NCBI RefSeq assembly: GCF_003945235.1
Contig: NZ_RSDW01000001.1
Coordinates: forward strand, 3,570,001-3,602,000
DNA length: 32,000 nucleotides
Source of the DNA: Edaphobacter aggregans
Lineage (GTDB): Bacteria > Acidobacteriota > Terriglobia > Terriglobales > Acidobacteriaceae
Direction of reading: 5' to 3'
Both the position numbers and the translations under genes were made by a program. The notes under the pieces were generated by a model. The model was not told where the DNA came from. It saw nothing but the letters and a program-made list of their open reading frames with translations, and made no database searches. Shown here in pieces: positions 28,437 through 32,000 of the stretch (the stretch's first letter is position 1; every line of letters starts with the position of its first letter).

Positions 28437-29315
28437 ATGCCGACTTCCATTGACCCCACTGCCGTCGCTGCCCCTAAGGATCGTGTCTGGTTCATCACCG
28501 GCACATCTACCGGCTTCGGTCGTCTCCTCGCAGAAGAAGTCCTCAAATCCGGCGGCAAGGTCATCGCAACCGCGCGCGACCGCCACAAGATAGCCGATTT
28601 GGTAGATCAATACCCGTCCACAGCAAAGGCCTTCGCTCTCGATGTCACCAACCCGGGCCAGATCGAGTCTGTGGCTTCTGAAGCCGTCACCCACTTCGGC
28701 CGCATCGATGTCCTCGTCAACAACGCAGGCTACGGCATCGCCGGAGCCATCGAAGAGGCCACCGAAGCCGAGTACATGCCAGTCTTCAACACCAACGTCT
28801 TCGGCCTCATCAACGTCACCCGCGCCTTTCTGCCTCAGTTCCGCAAACAACGCAGCGGCAACATCCTCAATCTCTCCTCCATCGCCGGTCTCAGCGGAGG
28901 TGCTGGCTGGGGCTTCTACAACACCACCAAATTCGCCGTCGAAGGATTCTCCGAAGCTCTCGCCGCCGAACTCGCTCCACTCGGCGTCCACGTCACCGTC
29001 ATCGAGCCCGGGCCCTTCCGCACCGACTTCCTCGGCCGCTCCGGCGTAGAAGCTGCCCAGCGCATCCCCGACTACGACGTCTCCGCAGGCAAAGCACGCG
29101 AGTACATGAACACTCAAAGCGGCAAACAAGTCGGCGACCCCCTCCGCGCCGTCCAGGCCATGATCGCCGTCGTCGAATCCCCCAACCCGCCGGTCCACCT
29201 GATCCTGGGCTCCGTAGCCCTCAAGCGCTTCCGCGCCAAGCTCGACCAGTGGAATCAGGAGATCGCTGCCTGGGAACCAACCACCCTCGGCGCAGACTTC
29301 CCGGAGGGCCAGTGA
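28437..29315 (+). CDS. SDR family oxidoreductase (292 aa)
   Basis: ITGTSTGFG, NNAGYG, and YNTTK. Confidence 0.85.
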   Translation: MPTSIDPTAVAAPKDRVWFITGTSTGFGRLLAEEVLKSGGKVIATARDRHKIADLVDQYPSTAKAFALDVTNPGQIESVASEAVTHFGRIDVLVNNAGYGIAGAIEEATEAEYMPVFNTNVFGLINVTRAFLPQFRKQRSGNILNLSSIAGLSGGAGWGFYNTTKFAVEGFSEALAAELAPLGVHVTVIEPGPFRTDFLGRSGVEAAQRIPDYDVSAGKAREYMNTQSGKQVGDPLRAVQAMIAVVESPNPPVHLILGSVALKRFRAKLDQWNQEIAAWEPTTLGADFPEGQ

Positions 29316-29950
29316 GCACCACCTCCATCAAGACCATCTTCTGGGACATAGGCGGAGTACTGCTTACCAACGGCTGGGACAAGGGCCAGCAGCAGCGCGT
29401 CCTCACGCGCCTTGGCGTCGATCTCGCCGACTACGACGCCCGCCACGACGCAGCAAATTACTTCTGGGAACGCGGCCTCTCCGACGCCCGTACTTTCTTT
29501 AACAAAACCGTCTTCCACGCCGACGCTCCTGCCTACAACTTCTCCTTCGAAGACCTCTGGGCCGCCCTCTGCGCTGAAAACCACGTCCTCCACAAAGAAT
29601 GTTTCGACATCCTCGCATCTCTCCGATCAATCGGCACCTACAAGCTAGCCACCCTCAACAACGAGAGCCGCGAACTCAACGCCTACCGCCTCGACGCCTT
29701 TCATCTCCGCCCCTACTTCGACTACTTCATCTGCTCCGGCTACGTCCACGAGATGAAACCCCACCCCGGCATCTACCAGGCCGCTATCGACATCTCCGGC
29801 TTCCCCGCCGATACCGCTCTCGTCATCGACGACAAGCTTGAAAACTGCGAAGCTGCAGCCGCTCTCGGCATGCACGCCATTCGCTTCGAATCACCCGCGC
29901 AGCTCAGCAATGAACTCGCTCAACTCGGCGTGCACGCCGTCTACGCATAA
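29312..29950 (+). CDS. HAD-superfamily hydrolase (subfamily IA-like, motif I DxG variant)
   Basis: GTG start overlaps the SDR stop (GTGA), with GGAGGG 5 nt upstream. Motif I is FWDIGGVL, motif II ATLNNES, Lys in EMKPHP, and motif IV VIDDKLEN. The track's longer start at 29249 overlaps the SDR out of frame. Confidence 0.75.
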   Translation: MSTTSIKTIFWDIGGVLLTNGWDKGQQQRVLTRLGVDLADYDARHDAANYFWERGLSDARTFFNKTVFHADAPAYNFSFEDLWAALCAENHVLHKECFDILASLRSIGTYKLATLNNESRELNAYRLDAFHLRPYFDYFICSGYVHEMKPHPGIYQAAIDISGFPADTALVIDDKLENCEAAAALGMHAIRFESPAQLSNELAQLGVHAVYA

Positions 29951-29965
29951 ATAAAAGGAAGACAC

Positions 29966-30871
29966 ATGGAACTCGGAATTATTGGACTTGGCAAGATGGG
30001 CTTCAACATGGCAGAGCGCCTCAAGCTCGCCGGTCACAAGGTTGTCGGCTTCGACTTCAACAAGGACGCCACCGCAAAGCTCACCGCCACCGGCTCCCTC
30101 GGCGTCAACTCGCTCGAAGACCTCGTCGCCAACCTTTCCGCTCCGCGCGCCGTCTGGATCATGGTCCCCTCAGGCGACCCTGTCGACCACACCATCGCAA
30201 GCCTCGAAGGTCTTCTGTCCCAGGGCGACACCATCATCGACGGCGGCAACTCCAACTACAAGGACACCCAGCGCCGCCACGCACAACTTGCGCCGACCGG
30301 CCTCGACTTCGTCGACTGCGGAACCTCCGGCGGAGTCTGGGGCCTCAAAGAGGGCTACTCCCTCATGATCGGCGGCGACAAAGCCCCCGTCGAGCGCCTC
30401 ACTCCCATCTTCCAGGCCCTCGCCCCCTCGCCCACCGAAGGCTGGGGACACGTCGGCCCTTCCGGCGCCGGCCACTTCGTCAAGATGGTCCACAACGGCA
30501 TCGAGTACGGCATGATGCAGGCCTACGCCGAAGGCTTCTCCATCATGCAGGCCAAAAAGCCCCTCAATCTCGACCTCACCCAGATCGCGCACATCTGGCA
30601 GAAGGGCTCCGTCGTCCGCTCCTGGCTCCTCGACCTCACCGCCGGCGCGCTCGACCACAACCCAACCCTCGCCGGCCTCGAAGCCTGGGTACCCGACTCA
30701 GGCGAAGGCCGCTGGACCGTCACCGAAGCCATCGACCTCAACATCTCCGCTCCCGTCATCACAGAGTCCCTCATTCGCCGTCTTCGCTCCCGCGAAGAAA
30801 ATAACTTCACCGACCGTATGATCTCCATCATGCGCGGAGCCTTCGGCGGCCACGACGTCAAAAAGGCCTAG
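29966..30871 (+). CDS. gnd: 6-phosphogluconate dehydrogenase, decarboxylating, short (about 300 aa) form
   Basis: Rossmann motif IGLGKMGFNMA, GGNSNY, GAGHFVKMVHNGIEYG, and WRxGS-like QKGSVVRSWLL. Confidence 0.9.
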   Translation: MELGIIGLGKMGFNMAERLKLAGHKVVGFDFNKDATAKLTATGSLGVNSLEDLVANLSAPRAVWIMVPSGDPVDHTIASLEGLLSQGDTIIDGGNSNYKDTQRRHAQLAPTGLDFVDCGTSGGVWGLKEGYSLMIGGDKAPVERLTPIFQALAPSPTEGWGHVGPSGAGHFVKMVHNGIEYGMMQAYAEGFSIMQAKKPLNLDLTQIAHIWQKGSVVRSWLLDLTAGALDHNPTLAGLEAWVPDSGEGRWTVTEAIDLNISAPVITESLIRRLRSREENNFTDRMISIMRGAFGGHDVKKA

Positions 30872-30930
30872 GCAGACCTCACCCGCCAAGCCACCAAATT
30901 TCTAACCATTAGCACGAGAGGTAATCTGAA

Positions 30931-32000
30931 ATGCCGACCTTAGAAGCCAATACATCACTCTCCGCCGCCCCGGCAACCCCGCAGCCCGAGCGCACCCCTG
31001 ACCCCTGCATCGTAGTCATCTTCGGTGCGTCAGGCGATCTCACCAAGCGCAAGCTCCTCCCTGCGCTCTATCACCTCGAGCAGGCAGGCCTGCTCCCCAA
31101 GGACTTCGCCGTCGTAGGCGTAGCCCGGCGTCCCCTCGAGGAGAGCTTCGCCCCCGACATGAAGGAAGGCATCGTAGCCGGAGGCGGTGTCGAAGAGAGC
31201 GATCCCAAACTCGCCCCCTTCGTCGATCGCATTCAGTACCACGCCATGAACTTCGACGACCCGTCCGGCTACGACGCCCTCAAGACCAAGCTCGCCGAGC
31301 TCGATAACAAGTACAACACCTGCGGCAACCGCCTCTTCTACCTCGCCACCGCACCCGAGTACTTCTCCGACATCGTCAACTACCTCGGCGAGCACGGCAT
31401 GGCCAAGCCCGACGTCGAAACCGCCCCCAACGGCTGCAAAGTCTGGGTCCGTACCATCATCGAGAAGCCCTTCGGCCACGATCTCAACTCCGCCAAGGCC
31501 CTCAACGACGAAGTCAACAAAGTCTTCTCTGAAGACCAGATCTTCCGCATCGACCACTACCTTGGCAAAGAGACCGTCCAGAACATCCTCGTCTTCCGCT
31601 TCGCCAACGGCATCTTCGAGAACGTCTGGAACCGCAACTACATCGACCACGTCGAGATCACCGCCGCCGAATCCATCGGCATCGAAGGCCGCGGCCCCTT
31701 CTACGAGACCGCCGGAGCCCTCCGCGACGTCGTCCAGAACCACGTCATGGAGCTACTCAGCTTCGTAGCCATGGAACCGCCCGTCTCCTTCGAGGCCTCC
31801 GCCGTCCGTGCCGAAAAGGTCAAGGTCTGGAAGGCCATCACCCCCATCCACCCCGCCGACACCGTCCGCGGCCAGTACGGCCCCGGCATCGTCGACGGCA
31901 AGCCCGTCATCGGCTACCGCCAGGAAGATCGCGTCCACCCGCGCTCCCAGACCGAGACCTACGCCGCCCTTCGCCTCGAGATCGAAAACTGGCGCTGGGC
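30931..32000 (+). CDS. zwf: Glucose-6-phosphate 1-dehydrogenase, N-terminal about 356 codons; continues past the right edge
   Basis: Absent from the ORF track because it runs off the edge. From ATG 30931: MPTLEANTS...CIVVIFGASGDLTKRKLLPALY, and the active-site block IFRIDHYLGKETVQNI near 31540. GAGAGG lies upstream. Confidence 0.9.
   Translation, partial: MPTLEANTSLSAAPATPQPERTPDPCIVVIFGASGDLTKRKLLPALYHLEQAGLLPKDFAVVGVARRPLEESFAPDMKEGIVAGGGVEESDPKLAPFVDRIQYHAMNFDDPSGYDALKTKLAELDNKYNTCGNRLFYLATAPEYFSDIVNYLGEHGMAKPDVETAPNGCKVWVRTIIEKPFGHDLNSAKALNDEVNKVFSEDQIFRIDHYLGKETVQNILVFRFANGIFENVWNRNYIDHVEITAAESIGIEGRGPFYETAGALRDVVQNHVMELLSFVAMEPPVSFEASAVRAEKVKVWKAITPIHPADTVRGQYGPGIVDGKPVIGYRQEDRVHPRSQTETYAALRLEIENWRW

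Overview
Gene-dense, GC-rich (roughly 60% by eye) chromosomal window with about 27 protein-coding genes on both strands. I see no rRNA, tRNA, CRISPR array, transposase or integrase. Housekeeping genes: gyrB, rpmI-rplT (without infC), typA/bipA, sodA, and a pentose-phosphate cluster tkt-rpiA-(SDR)-(HAD)-gnd-zwf that runs off the right edge. Accessory enzymes: an orphan Dpp/Opp-type ABC ATPase, further SDR oxidoreductases, a Tat-signal amidase paired with a Sec-signal amidohydrolase, a Tat-signal type-B carboxylesterase, a cytoplasmic GH15 glucoamylase-like enzyme, and a partial TauE/SafE permease at the left edge (missing from the ORF track because it has no stop in the window). Most interesting observations: (i) a minus-strand cluster 17187->12633 encoding a zf-UBP zinc-finger protein, an Arg-type cysteine dioxygenase, a circularly permuted ATP-grasp ligase, an alpha-E protein and a transglutaminase-fold cysteine protease. 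The last three are a conserved neighbourhood with no demonstrated function, possibly a peptide-ligation or protein-tagging system. (ii) A translationally coupled DprE1/DprE2-like pair (polyprenyl-phospho-ribose 2'-epimerase) outside its usual actinobacterial context. (iii) A lower-GC ~1-kb gap between gyrB and rpmI holding one small secreted His/Asp/Cys/Gly-rich protein gene. (iv) A structured rpmI leader with a candidate uORF, and a structured 184-nt rpmI-rplT spacer. (v) Helically phased direct repeats upstream of the TauE gene, a perfect 15-bp inverted repeat, and an A-poor hexamer-periodic tract with twin hairpins after typA. Many long ORFs in the supplied track are antisense or off-frame shadows of real genes and were rejected. 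Gene content suggests an Acidobacteriota-like soil bacterium, but that is an unverified guess.
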